Shown one piece after another: positions 21,301 to 30,250 of a stretch of 64,000 nucleotides of DNA. How positions within the stretch are numbered: the first letter of the stretch is position 1; each line of letters begins with the position of its first letter. The notes below the pieces were generated by a model. The model saw nothing but the letters and a program-made list of their open reading frames with translations. It ran no database searches and was not told the origin of the DNA. Origin of the DNA: Candidatus Poribacteria bacterium. Lineage in GTDB: Bacteria > Poribacteria > WGA-4E > PCPOR2b. The position numbers and the translations under genes are program-made. The stretch covers positions 1,248,001 to 1,312,000 of the forward strand of contig OZ244042.1 in the NCBI GenBank assembly GCA_965215015.1, read 5' to 3'.

Positions 21301-21591
21301 ATCGAGGCGGATGGTCGTTTCGCCGGTGCCAGCATAGATGACGTTCGGATCCGCTGCTGCCACCGCGATAGCTCCTACAGCAGCACAGTCGAAGAAGCCG
21401 TCTGAAATGTTTTCCCAGTACGTTCCGGCATCGTCAGTTTTCCAAACACCACCGGCGCACGCTCCAAAGTAGAAAACCGCAGGCTCTGTGGGATGCCCTG
21501 CCACAGCAACAACGCGCCCTCCCCGTGGGGGGCCGATACAACGCCATTTGAGCGATTGAAACAGACTTGAATCTGATTGAGAATTGGTCAT
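18376..21591 (-). CDS. VPS10/sortilin-like BNR (Asp-box) beta-propeller protein, glycosyl-hydrolase-like
   Basis: WRCIGPPRGGR start, many SxDGGxTW Asp-boxes, GTHGRSFWILDD, GLNRFVWDMRYP, C-terminal helical region. Confidence 0.88.
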   Translation of the reverse strand: MTNSQSDSSLFQSLKWRCIGPPRGGRVVAVAGHPTEPAVFYFGACAGGVWKTDDAGTYWENISDGFFDCAAVGAIAVAAADPNVIYAGTGETTIRLDVSYGDGVYKSTDGGKTWANVGLAETRHIGKIRIHPQNPDVVYVAALGHAFGPNAERGVFRSKDGGATWENILFRSEKAGAVDLAMDSNNPRILYAAIWETYRNFWELSSGGPDSSLYKSTDGGDTWVELTDNPGLPRGLKGKIGVAASPAKSDRVWAIVEAEKGGLHRSDDGGETWELLTANRDLWHRPFYYCHIFPDPQDSETVYVLNLKMWKSTDGGHTFTEITTPHGDNHDLWIDPHNPQRMIEGNDGGACVSFNGGASWTTIYNQLTSQFYRIDTDNRFPYRVYATQQDNSSISVPSASEYGGIHWVDCYPVGTGESGDIVVHPDNPDIAYIGAVGSSPGGSGVLQRYDHRTRQIRLVNVWPEEYIGLGPKDLKYRFSWTFPIAFSPHDSNILYTAGNLIFRSTDEGSSWEPISPDLTRNDVTKLEASGGPITKDASGAEHYATVYAFVESPHEPGVFWAGSDDGLIHISRDGGQHWENITPPDLLEWSLISNIEASPHDPATAHVAVTRYKLDDYQPYLYKTDNYGRSWRIISGNFPDGEITRVIREDPVRSGLLYVGTETGIYVSLDDGENWHRLQNNLPVVPVYDLKIKDGDLVAGTHGRSFWILDDVTPLRQLTAEAAHASFHLFEPRATYRRWLQWGAGMFRSETRKNYLMGLGAAATFYLEKSPDGERTRRFLDAGEGPPQGVIVYYLLGNTPADSVEITFLDAGGATIKTFTTKPEDTDDAEDDETNSDAKEDHYIPAEAGLNRFVWDMRYPDSQAVTEPRNDKQELSPDKPKNGPLASPGTYQVQLKVGEQTQTQIFEICKDPRVTTSQVDFNAQFELWSQIRDKLSETHEAINHLRRIQRQVNEWKKRVDATENITTEPIREAAEALQEKLKTIEGELIQTGADTIGDRLRLPTMLSGKLAGLVSVVSVADFAPPKQAYELFEDLSSQIDAQLDQLKSVIEEDVAAFNDLISEANIPAVVT

Positions 21592-21701
21592 GCTTTGTTT
21601 TCCTTTTTCGTTGGATGTGAAGATGTGAAATTGTGTGAAGCTATGTATCAGGGCCCGGCTGGATGATCCGATTTATCTGTCATCAGTCGGGAGACCCCCG
21701 C

Positions 21702-21950
21702 CTAGAAATCCGAATCCACTTTTTCGTCGAAATCTAGGGTGACAAATCGGTAGCCGATTGTTTTCATCCGTTCCACAATTATTTCACGTATCTGAAGGGC
21801 TCTATCGAAATCAGATTCTGCCACCTGTATTCGCACAATTTTCTTGTGAGGATAAATTGATGCGCCTGCAATGCCAAGTTCCGATAAACGCTGTTGAGCG
21901 AGTGCAACCATTTCATTTTCGTTGAGTTTTTTTGTTGGATTCGATTCCAT
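21702..21950 (-). CDS. Small protein resembling the C-terminal domain of LarE
   Basis: LSELGI...HKKIVRIQV...REIIVERMKTIGYRFVTLDF resembles the LarE tail (H..ARIEV...LK.LG..YVTLDL). Confidence 0.6.
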   Translation of the reverse strand: MESNPTKKLNENEMVALAQQRLSELGIAGASIYPHKKIVRIQVAESDFDRALQIREIIVERMKTIGYRFVTLDFDEKVDSDF

Positions 21951-22052
21951 ATTTCACTTGCTGTCAGATGGTAAAACCAATTGCCAATTTGAAAGTATTA
22001 GGAATACAAGTATAACAGAAATCCTGACGGAGATCAATATTAACAAGCATAT

Positions 22053-22740
22053 TCATTTACCCCCATTTTTTTTTGGTTATAGATTTGATTTATTTTTATG
22101 ATTTAGGCTAGTGAGAATAGTTGTGATTAAGTGTGTTGGTATGTATCTCCCGTGCACAGGGGGAGTGTGAACCATGGCTTGAGACACCACCCGCGCCACG
22201 CCTCCGCTACCACTCGCTTTATGACCGTAATCAGTGAGTATATTTTTGTCCGTGTAAGGATTAACAGGAGGATATGAATCAAGTTGATACCTAAACGACG
22301 AGATGTGTCTGATGAGGGTGCATCATGGTTCTTTGAATATAGAGACCTAGGGGAAAGTCTGAATCAGGATTTTCAGGATTTAAGGATTAACAGGATGATA
22401 TGACTCAAGTTGATACCTCCTACAAGGCTTCAATCTGTTTTTGCTGCGCTTCAGTTTTTTCGTCTTGTGTACGTATGTCTTTTCGCTGCAAGGCGGCGAT
22501 GATTTGTGGTATCCCGATGACCGCGGCAATGAAAGCTACCAAAGCCATGACCCGCATAAAAATGTGGTTTAACCGTTCGCCTAACGCTTTGGTTTCGCGG
22601 GTCAGGCGTTTGTCCATCTCTTCAATTTTGCTCATTTACCCCCATTTTTTTGGTTATAGATTTGATTTATTTTTATGATTTAGGCTAGTGAGAATAGTTG
22701 TGATTAAGTGTGTTGGTATGTATCTCCCCTGCACAGGGGG
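22053..22740. repeat. ~110-bp AT-rich direct repeat (22053-22163 / 22632-22740)
   Basis: TCATTTACCCCCATTTTTTT...TTGGTATGTATCTCCC(G/C)TGCACAGGGGG in both copies. Confidence 0.9.
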
Positions 22741-22898
22741 GTAGTAGGTATCCATTTGATTCATATGCTCCTGTAAATCCTTTCATCCTGACAATCCTGA
22801 TTCAGACTTTCCCCCAATGATGCCCCCTCCTCAGACACATCTCGTCCTTTAGGTATCAACCAACATGACACACCAAAAAAAAATGGGGGTAAATGAGT
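22255..22898. repeat. Inverted repeat pair (~22255-22418 / 22761-22898) containing a GAATCAGGAT...CAGGAT...AGGAT...ACAGG intergenic repeat
   Basis: GTTGATACCTAAA(C/G)GACGAGATGTGTCTGA and GGGGAAAGTCTGAATCAGGAT occur on opposite strands. Confidence 0.8.
22420..22635 (-). CDS. Small coiled-coil/TM protein, possibly a truncated member of an expanded family
   Basis: MSKIEEMDKRL...VMALVAFIAAVIGIPQIIAALQRKD...QQKQIEAL; GGGGG RBS supplied by the repeat. Confidence 0.55.
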   Translation of the reverse strand: MSKIEEMDKRLTRETKALGERLNHIFMRVMALVAFIAAVIGIPQIIAALQRKDIRTQDEKTEAQQKQIEAL

Positions 22899-23116
22899 GA
22901 AAACCGATCGACAAATCTTTCGATCGGTTGTATTATAAAATTGTGTATTCAAAACCCTTTACTTTAGTATTGGTCTTTTTTGTTTTCAAAAACGTCAACA
23001 AAGCGAATTCAATAGATGGAGGGTTATCTTTTGCAGTAGCACCTGTAAGACGTGAAAAGGGTACTATTGTTATTGAGTTAATCTGAAATTAAATTTTCTC
23101 ACGAAAGGATTTTATT

Positions 23117-26100
23117 GTGATTAAACCAAGAGATGTAAATTTTCGGAAGTTAAGTGTGTTTTTTGTTATCAGTTTGATGTTGGTTGTGGGGTTGTTCATC
23201 AACGACGCTGCGCCGCAGGGTCGTATATATTCTGATTTGATAAGTATCTATTTTAATCCGCTCGATAGTCCGGAAGCCACAGATATTATTCCGATTGATG
23301 ATATTACTGCCGGGCAATACCAACTGCGAGTTGCATATACATCGCACAACGACGACGATAAGGCGGGGTTTCGGGTGGATATTCCAGACGGTATTGTGTT
23401 GGATCGGAGCTCCCTAAGAGTCCGTATACGTGCTTTCACGGCAGGTGATTCACGGCTAGCAGGAGCCCCACTGATGTTCCTCCCAGATACTAATGCTCCA
23501 GATAGTGTTGCTTTTAATGCCTTCACAGACTCACAAAAATTCGGAGCTCGAAGGCGGTCAGATGGGTTTTATTACTTTGACAGCGATCCTATCCCCCATC
23601 ACCCGCGCTTTAAGCAATCGGGAACTGCTGAGTATGCGCTTACGGGTGGGGAATCGCCCTTCACCGATCAAACGTCTATTGATCAGACTGGCGGCCGTTT
23701 TCTGACCCTTCATGATACCGATGGGGAGGGAACTTTTAGTGATAAGGGTATATTCCTTAACGGGAATGAGATAATCATCAGGCATTCAGCGGGAGATTTT
23801 GAAGACAAAACTCAGCCGAATAGATCTGCTCAAGAGAAAACGGATAGACCTATTGTGCAGGTGACCTACCTAATCTGGTGCGACGTAACTATCCCTGCCA
23901 GTGAAAGTGACGTGACCTATACATTCGAGTATGAAGTCAACACACCGGCATCAGGTGCCTCAGCCGACGCTTGGAGGCCTCTGAACAGGGAATCCATAGA
24001 TGTCACAGCTAGCGGTAAGCTCCCGGCCGCTTATCATACTGGTGGGGCGAAAGAGATAGATGTTACGATGGACGTGCCGCAAAACGAATTCCCGGACACC
24101 AAAATAACGGTATTTGTCCCGAATAACAAGGCACCCGTATATGGATCACATGGATTCGGCCCAGTACTAGAACCACGTGAAAGTGCTGATTCGTATATTA
24201 CAAGAAGCAGAGTGGGAGACCCCGACGCCGACACCCTTTCTATAAAGGTCCGGGGCGGTGCAAGTGTCCAAGTAGGTTGGGGTTTCCGAGAAACGGCTGA
24301 CGAGGAGCCTCCGGATATTACTGTTGCTACTGACAGCACGCTTCCGCTTGCTGCTGGCAGTTATTGGAACGTTCTGAAATTTACCTACAGACCCACGGCT
24401 GATAACCTGTCTGATGGACGCTTTCGGATAGCGTTTCCCTCCGATTGGGAGGTGTCTAACAAGTTTCTATCGGTCATGGAGGAGGGTGATGATGGTCCGG
24501 TAACAATATACGAAACGAATGGAGAGGGCGCCGTCTCAGCAGATAGTGATACGGATAGGGTGGACTTTGAAGCGGACAAGCGGATAACCGTCGCCCTCGA
24601 TTCGGCGTGGGGTCCCCAACGGTTTAATAGAGACCTCATCATCCAATTGGGTGATGTAACGGCTCCGATTCCTTCTCGTCTGGATGAGGCTGCTACGGAC
24701 GATTATGCTGCGCATGCTGAGTATGAATTCCTATGTAGTGAGAGTACCCGGAATGATGTGCTTAGTCTGTTACCCAGTCCTCCGGTTGTCAGGGTTGGCA
24801 ATATTAAAGGGGGTACCGACCGTGACCCTCTCAAAAGAAAGCTGACAATTGAACCGGGGCGGGTATTTTCGGGTGAGGAAAATACCGAATTCACTCTCAC
24901 CTTCACAGCTCCTGGGCCGATGCACAACAGTTCCCTAGAGTTATTATTTGGCCCCGAAGGCGCAGATATGGCACATTTAGGGCCACAGGACACCCCCGTG
25001 AAGGCGGATTTTAATGTGGAACCCAGGGGCGGGGCAACCTTAGACGACACCACAGACCCCACTCCTTGGACTGTTGATGAGGGTACGGCCACGGCTCCCG
25101 CGAAGCTAACTATCCCTATTGCCAAGCTTGATACGGGTCAGCAAATTATTGTTTCGTATACTCGTGCAGCCGCTATTGGTTCCAGTGCTGATGCCGATAT
25201 CACCGCGTGGACCACTGTTCGTAGGTACGCCGTGAAGGTCAGTACTGGTACGTACGCCTCTGTAGAAGTCAGTGGTGGGGTGTGGGTTGCTAAGGCGGGT
25301 TCTGGTAAGTTGGACTTGTCTCCTGCGTCTGTGGAGGCGGGTTCTCAACGGAGAGATATCGACCTGACGTATGAAGCCTACACCGATCTTGAGGATGCCA
25401 CGATAACGATTGAGCCGAAGGGCATTGTTCTCGATGATGATCAGAAACTCCAAACCGATACCTCGACGGACTATGGGTATGTTTCGGGTTCTGAAGGGTT
25501 AGTGGTAAACGACGGGGATACCCTTGAGTGGTCAGGTCTCGACCTTGAAAAAGGGAAAACCGTGACCGCTAAAATCCGTAGGGTCAATATCCTCGCAGAA
25601 GCCGACGAGTATGAATGGGGTGTGATGGTTAATGATACGAAACTTGCCAACGACGAAACGACCGACATTGATGATCGTCCCATCCTCTCGGTTGTGAAGA
25701 CCTCAGGCGATGCGGTTCGATTTGAAGTTGATGGTGACGACACTTTCCGTGCCGGAAGTAAAGCGACTATCAATTTCAAGTTTATAGCGGATTCGACCCC
25801 CATACGGGACGGCGAGGTGCGGTTGACCATCCCGTCCACTTTGGGCTTCAGTCCACCGACCAAGGCAGACGCGACCGCCGGTGAGGTGGCCGTCTCCGGC
25901 GAGGCACTAAAGAGCGGGGGTGCCGGGGGTATTGGTGCGGATCAGATAACCCTCTCCGGTCGCACCATCACCGTGGCAATCGGTCGGCTCGATGTCGATG
26001 AATCCGTCACGATTACGTATGGTGCTGCCGATGATAGTAAAGCAGTCTTACATCATGCCGCCGGTGCGGTCGAAGTGGCTGGCACCTTTAGAACGTCACG

Positions 26101-29100
26101 GGGTGCCAGCACCCGGACCGCTGGGACCGCCACGGTCACGCTGAGCAACGTCGAAGACGGTATGGGGGCAGCCGTGCTATCGCCGGGGACGATTGAGGCA
26201 GGGAGTAGCAATCGGGCGATTGAGGTCGTGTTCACCGCAGCCGGCACGATGGATGGCGGGGCCGTGAGTCTTGAAATTCCAGACGGTTGGGGGTCGATGC
26301 AGAATGACCCGACCCAGCGGAATTATGTGACGACGCGCGGCGCGGGGGTCTCCGCCGTGGAGATAGCCGATCGTTACGCGATAGCGACCATCGATACGCT
26401 TGCCAAAGGAGGGAGTTTCCGATTTATCTATGGGGGTGGCACCGGTGCCGCTGTCGGTGCGGAGGTTCAGGACAATGTTGGCACCGCCCAGTTCGTGATT
26501 AGATCCGATGGGGACGGCGACGGCGTTTTCGAGGCTATTGAGAGCGACTTGGAACACACCGGCCGGGAGAAGATAAGAAACCCGGACAAGACCCAGAAGA
26601 TTTATAAAGATGCCGCCGGTATCTTACAAGTCAAAGTGACGAGCGCGTTGGACGGGACGGGAACGGTTACATTGGATACCTCCTCCGTCCGTGCAGCGTC
26701 CGACGATGTGGTATTGGTGTTTACCTACAAACCGAGTCAGACAATTGAAGATGGGGAGCTGAAATTCACCGTCCCATCGAGCTGGAGTCAACCGCAGGTC
26801 GAAGAGGTCAGTCTACCGGGGTATACTGAGGTGGAGGGTGTGGGACTTGGCAGCGTAGCGGACGATGATAAATTCTCTGTGACCGTGCCTATCTTCTCGC
26901 TTGACAAAGCCAATGATATAAAGATTACCTACGGTGCGACCGATGCAGGGCGTGCGGTGGCTTCTGCCACGACCGGGGTTGATGCGTTTCGGTTTGCGGT
27001 TCGGGGCGGTGAAAGCGGTAACCTGGCACCGATTCGAACGCAGCCGACCGTCACAGTCAACCCGCAAGCCAGTGGTAAAGGCAAAGCCGTCATTGCCATA
27101 ACCGATGGGGAGGGGTCGCTTCATACCGGTGATACCGGCAGGGAGCTGACCGTCACCTACACGGCAGCCGGTCAAATGGTCGGTGGCAAGGTGCGGCTCG
27201 CGGTCCCCGCCGGTTGGTCTGCACCGACCGCGGATACGGTGACGATTACACCCGCAATCGCCCCCACCTTTAGTGGTCAAATGGCTATCGTCGAAGGCGT
27301 CAACTTGAGTGCCAACGGGACGGTGACCTTTGTCTATACAGGTGATGTGCAGCCCAACGTGGGCACCGGTGTCGCCTTTGCGGTTGGAGTCCACGGGGGC
27401 GATGCAGCCGATGATTTTGACGATGTCTCCGGCGATGAGACCATGCTGACCGTCGACGTCGACGAGGCGAGACGGGGTGCCGGTTCCGGTGAGGTCGCAC
27501 CGAGGATTGTAGACGCCGGTGCGACAGGGGTGAACCTGACCTTTACCTACACTGCTGTCGGCCTCGTCAACGCGCCGCGGGAGTTCCGGGTGCAGGTGCC
27601 CCCCGGTTGGACTGCGCCGAGCAGTGCGCCGATGGACCCTGAAAATAAGGGAACCTACACCGTTGCGCACCGGCACATGGGTGTTACGACGACGGTGAGT
27701 GTCGAGAAACTGACACCGGTCGGTCGAGACATGGTGGCGCGTGTGAAATTAGGGGGGCTTGAGGTCGAAGCGGGTGATGAAATTATCTTCACCTACCAAA
27801 ATGCCGACGCCCCAGCCAACCGTGAGGTCTCTGAATTCGTCATGCTGTTTGATGGTCAACGGGTAAACTCCAATGTTTCGGTGCGCGTCCAAGACTCGAC
27901 GCCGACCCAACTCACACTGAGCAGTGCCGGCACGGTTTCTGCCGACGACGGCGCGATGCCGTTAGGTATCACAGTTGGATTGAGAGATGCCGAGGGGCAT
28001 GAGGTGGCGATGGTCTCCGATGTGTCGGTCACCCTGACCTCCAGCTCCGCGGGCACGTTCTCTGAGCTCGCTGAAGGGACGGGAACCGAGAGCATCACCG
28101 TGACCGTTGCAGGCGGCGAGGTCTCAGCGATGGTCTACTATCAAGATTCGACACCCGGGATCGCAACGATTACCGCAACAGCACCGGGACTGACGATGGC
28201 GAGCCAGCCGGTGACGGTCACAACCTCTGTGATAGCCATTACCGAAGGCAGCGTCACCATTGAACCTGCACTGGCTATGGCGGGGGATACGGTCACCGTC
28301 AGTGCCATGGGCACGGCAGGCCGAACCGTGATGTTCTCCGTCGGTTCGATTGTCACCGACCACTCGATGGCAGAAGTCTCGAGCGGTGCCTACAGCGGGT
28401 CGTTTACCGTCGTGGCTGATCAGCACCCCGATGGTATGTATGATGTCTCTGTCAGTCTGAATGGTCAAAGTGTGATGGTGTCCAATGCGTTGACACTTGA
28501 CAGCACAATGCCGACCGTGATGGCGATGGCATCTCCTGAGACCATTGCCAACGGTGAGCCGGTGGAAATCTCTGCGACCGTCTCCGACGCGAGCAGCATC
28601 ACATCCGTGATGGCGGACGTCTCTACCTTGGACACCACCCAAACCGATGGGGTCGCTCTGACGATGGGGACCGATGGTGCTTACAGTGCCTCAGTCGTTG
28701 TCAGTGAAGATAACACAGCCATCAATGGCTCGAAAACCATCACCGTAACCGCGATCGACGCCGCCGGCAACAGCGGCAGCGGCACAGCGATGGTTACGTT
28801 GGACAACCAACTGTCCTATACCTCGCAGATACCGGCGGGGACAAGCCTGTTCCACGTCCCGTTGGCAGTTGAGGGGCTCAACACCGTAGGCGACCTCCGA
28901 GAGATGCTCGGCAGCGACGCCAATCTGCTCATCGTCTATGATAGCGCAACCGATTTATGGAATAGTCGGAGCGACGATGTACCGATTACCGCAGACCTGG
29001 GTATCCTCCTTTCAATGAGTGCCGAAGCGACGGTGACTTTCACCGGGTATGCGTGGGACGACGGCGCATCAACCATCAATCTCACCGCCGGTTCTAACCT

Positions 29101-29995
29101 CATCGGTCTACCCGTTAACGATGCGAGACTGACCAATGTCAGCGACATTGCCGCGCTGTTTGCTACCGGCGTTGTCACCAGTGTCGTTGTTTCAACGGCG
29201 GATGGATACAAGTCAGTTACAGCGGCAGGGGATGTAAATGATGGACCGGTCATGGGCGATGCTGCCTATCTGGTCACAGCAACCACCGATGCAACCGCTG
29301 CACTTATCGGAACCGGTTGGAGTCAGGACACAGCAGCGGCTGCCCCTATCGCGTTGGTTAACCATCAGGTTGCCGGCCAAACCCCCGTCCTTGAGGTCAA
29401 CGGTTCGGTCGTTGATGAGACCAACGGAGTGGCCCAGGACGGATTCAGGGTCAAGGTGAAGAATCTCTCCACCAAAGCCGCACTCAACCGGGTGACCTCC
29501 GCTGAGGCAGCAACAGGCTACAACATGACCTTTGTTGACCTGAAGGTGGGGCATGCGGCACAGGTCGGGGATGTCCTGGAGATTTCGGCAGATTCACCCA
29601 GTCCGTTAATCGGGGTCCAGCCGGTGCGTCATATCGTTACCATTGACGATGTGAAAGCCACTCGGATTGAGTTGGCAGACCTCATCGCCTATGAGATTCC
29701 GTCAGAGACGGAGCTGCTGCGCAACTATCCCAATCCATTCAACCCCGAAACGTGGATACCGTATCGGTTGGCATCAGATGCGGAGGTCGTCTTGACCATC
29801 TACGATAGCACCGGCCTTGTGGTGCGAACCCTCGATATGGGGCATCAGATGGCGGCGGTCTATGAGTCGAGAGCCAAAGCCATCTACTGGGACGGCCGAA
29901 ACCGTTTCGGTGAACAGGTCGCCAGTGGCATCTACTTCTACAGCCTGAGTGCAGGAGACTTCTCTGCAACCCGTAAGATGATGATTCTGAAGTAG
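23117..29995 (+). CDS. Giant secreted multi-Ig-like-domain surface protein with FlgD-Ig/T9SS-type C-terminal domain
   Basis: N-terminal signal peptide; recurring beta-rich modules (V.AG...L..TYTAAG.M.GG.V.L.IP.GW..P); tail LLRNYPNPFNPETWIPY...YWDGRN..GE.VASGIYFYSL.AGDFSATRKMMILK. Confidence 0.88.
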   Translation: MIKPRDVNFRKLSVFFVISLMLVVGLFINDAAPQGRIYSDLISIYFNPLDSPEATDIIPIDDITAGQYQLRVAYTSHNDDDKAGFRVDIPDGIVLDRSSLRVRIRAFTAGDSRLAGAPLMFLPDTNAPDSVAFNAFTDSQKFGARRRSDGFYYFDSDPIPHHPRFKQSGTAEYALTGGESPFTDQTSIDQTGGRFLTLHDTDGEGTFSDKGIFLNGNEIIIRHSAGDFEDKTQPNRSAQEKTDRPIVQVTYLIWCDVTIPASESDVTYTFEYEVNTPASGASADAWRPLNRESIDVTASGKLPAAYHTGGAKEIDVTMDVPQNEFPDTKITVFVPNNKAPVYGSHGFGPVLEPRESADSYITRSRVGDPDADTLSIKVRGGASVQVGWGFRETADEEPPDITVATDSTLPLAAGSYWNVLKFTYRPTADNLSDGRFRIAFPSDWEVSNKFLSVMEEGDDGPVTIYETNGEGAVSADSDTDRVDFEADKRITVALDSAWGPQRFNRDLIIQLGDVTAPIPSRLDEAATDDYAAHAEYEFLCSESTRNDVLSLLPSPPVVRVGNIKGGTDRDPLKRKLTIEPGRVFSGEENTEFTLTFTAPGPMHNSSLELLFGPEGADMAHLGPQDTPVKADFNVEPRGGATLDDTTDPTPWTVDEGTATAPAKLTIPIAKLDTGQQIIVSYTRAAAIGSSADADITAWTTVRRYAVKVSTGTYASVEVSGGVWVAKAGSGKLDLSPASVEAGSQRRDIDLTYEAYTDLEDATITIEPKGIVLDDDQKLQTDTSTDYGYVSGSEGLVVNDGDTLEWSGLDLEKGKTVTAKIRRVNILAEADEYEWGVMVNDTKLANDETTDIDDRPILSVVKTSGDAVRFEVDGDDTFRAGSKATINFKFIADSTPIRDGEVRLTIPSTLGFSPPTKADATAGEVAVSGEALKSGGAGGIGADQITLSGRTITVAIGRLDVDESVTITYGAADDSKAVLHHAAGAVEVAGTFRTSRGASTRTAGTATVTLSNVEDGMGAAVLSPGTIEAGSSNRAIEVVFTAAGTMDGGAVSLEIPDGWGSMQNDPTQRNYVTTRGAGVSAVEIADRYAIATIDTLAKGGSFRFIYGGGTGAAVGAEVQDNVGTAQFVIRSDGDGDGVFEAIESDLEHTGREKIRNPDKTQKIYKDAAGILQVKVTSALDGTGTVTLDTSSVRAASDDVVLVFTYKPSQTIEDGELKFTVPSSWSQPQVEEVSLPGYTEVEGVGLGSVADDDKFSVTVPIFSLDKANDIKITYGATDAGRAVASATTGVDAFRFAVRGGESGNLAPIRTQPTVTVNPQASGKGKAVIAITDGEGSLHTGDTGRELTVTYTAAGQMVGGKVRLAVPAGWSAPTADTVTITPAIAPTFSGQMAIVEGVNLSANGTVTFVYTGDVQPNVGTGVAFAVGVHGGDAADDFDDVSGDETMLTVDVDEARRGAGSGEVAPRIVDAGATGVNLTFTYTAVGLVNAPREFRVQVPPGWTAPSSAPMDPENKGTYTVAHRHMGVTTTVSVEKLTPVGRDMVARVKLGGLEVEAGDEIIFTYQNADAPANREVSEFVMLFDGQRVNSNVSVRVQDSTPTQLTLSSAGTVSADDGAMPLGITVGLRDAEGHEVAMVSDVSVTLTSSSAGTFSELAEGTGTESITVTVAGGEVSAMVYYQDSTPGIATITATAPGLTMASQPVTVTTSVIAITEGSVTIEPALAMAGDTVTVSAMGTAGRTVMFSVGSIVTDHSMAEVSSGAYSGSFTVVADQHPDGMYDVSVSLNGQSVMVSNALTLDSTMPTVMAMASPETIANGEPVEISATVSDASSITSVMADVSTLDTTQTDGVALTMGTDGAYSASVVVSEDNTAINGSKTITVTAIDAAGNSGSGTAMVTLDNQLSYTSQIPAGTSLFHVPLAVEGLNTVGDLREMLGSDANLLIVYDSATDLWNSRSDDVPITADLGILLSMSAEATVTFTGYAWDDGASTINLTAGSNLIGLPVNDARLTNVSDIAALFATGVVTSVVVSTADGYKSVTAAGDVNDGPVMGDAAYLVTATTDATAALIGTGWSQDTAAAAPIALVNHQVAGQTPVLEVNGSVVDETNGVAQDGFRVKVKNLSTKAALNRVTSAEAATGYNMTFVDLKVGHAAQVGDVLEISADSPSPLIGVQPVRHIVTIDDVKATRIELADLIAYEIPSETELLRNYPNPFNPETWIPYRLASDAEVVLTIYDSTGLVVRTLDMGHQMAAVYESRAKAIYWDGRNRFGEQVASGIYFYSLSAGDFSATRKMMILK

Positions 29996-30022
29996 CGGCC
30001 ACACTATACATTCACTTAACAT

Positions 30023-30070
30023 AGCTGCTAAATGCCTCCTCGCAACGAGGCATTTAGCAGCTTTTTTTTT
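30023..30070 (+). terminator. Rho-independent terminator
   Basis: 16-bp stem AGCTGCTAAATGCCTC / GAGGCATTTAGCAGCT followed by a T run. Confidence 0.92.
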
Positions 30071-30088
30071 GTAAATATCAACGAACAG

Positions 30089-30113
30089 TGTCGAGATGTG
30101 AATCTCGACCTAC
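30089..30113 (-). repeat. GTAG-type REP element (degenerate copy at 31147-31171)
   Basis: TGTCGAGATGTGAATCTCGACCTAC versus TGTCGAGATATGAATCTTGACCGAC. Confidence 0.65.
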
Positions 30114-30146
30114 AGGAGATTGACTGCCAAATGCACTTTTCTTTCC

Positions 30147-30175
30147 TTGACAGTGCCCCTCCCCTGTGCTACACT
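30147..30175 (+). promoter_or_regulatory. sigma70-type promoter with extended -10
   Basis: TTGACA (30147-30152), 17-nt spacer ending TGC, TACACT (30170-30175). Confidence 0.65.
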
Positions 30176-30250
30176 TAGTTATCGTGCGAAAAAGGTCATG
30201 TGCTTAAAATAGATCAGATTCCAACCTCGAACGGGTACAAGGAGAAAATC

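Noticed and set aside
22305-22360. Hammerhead ribozyme (CTGATGAG present)
   Set aside because: No properly spaced stem II plus GAAA core, and the inverted homolog has CTGAGGAG
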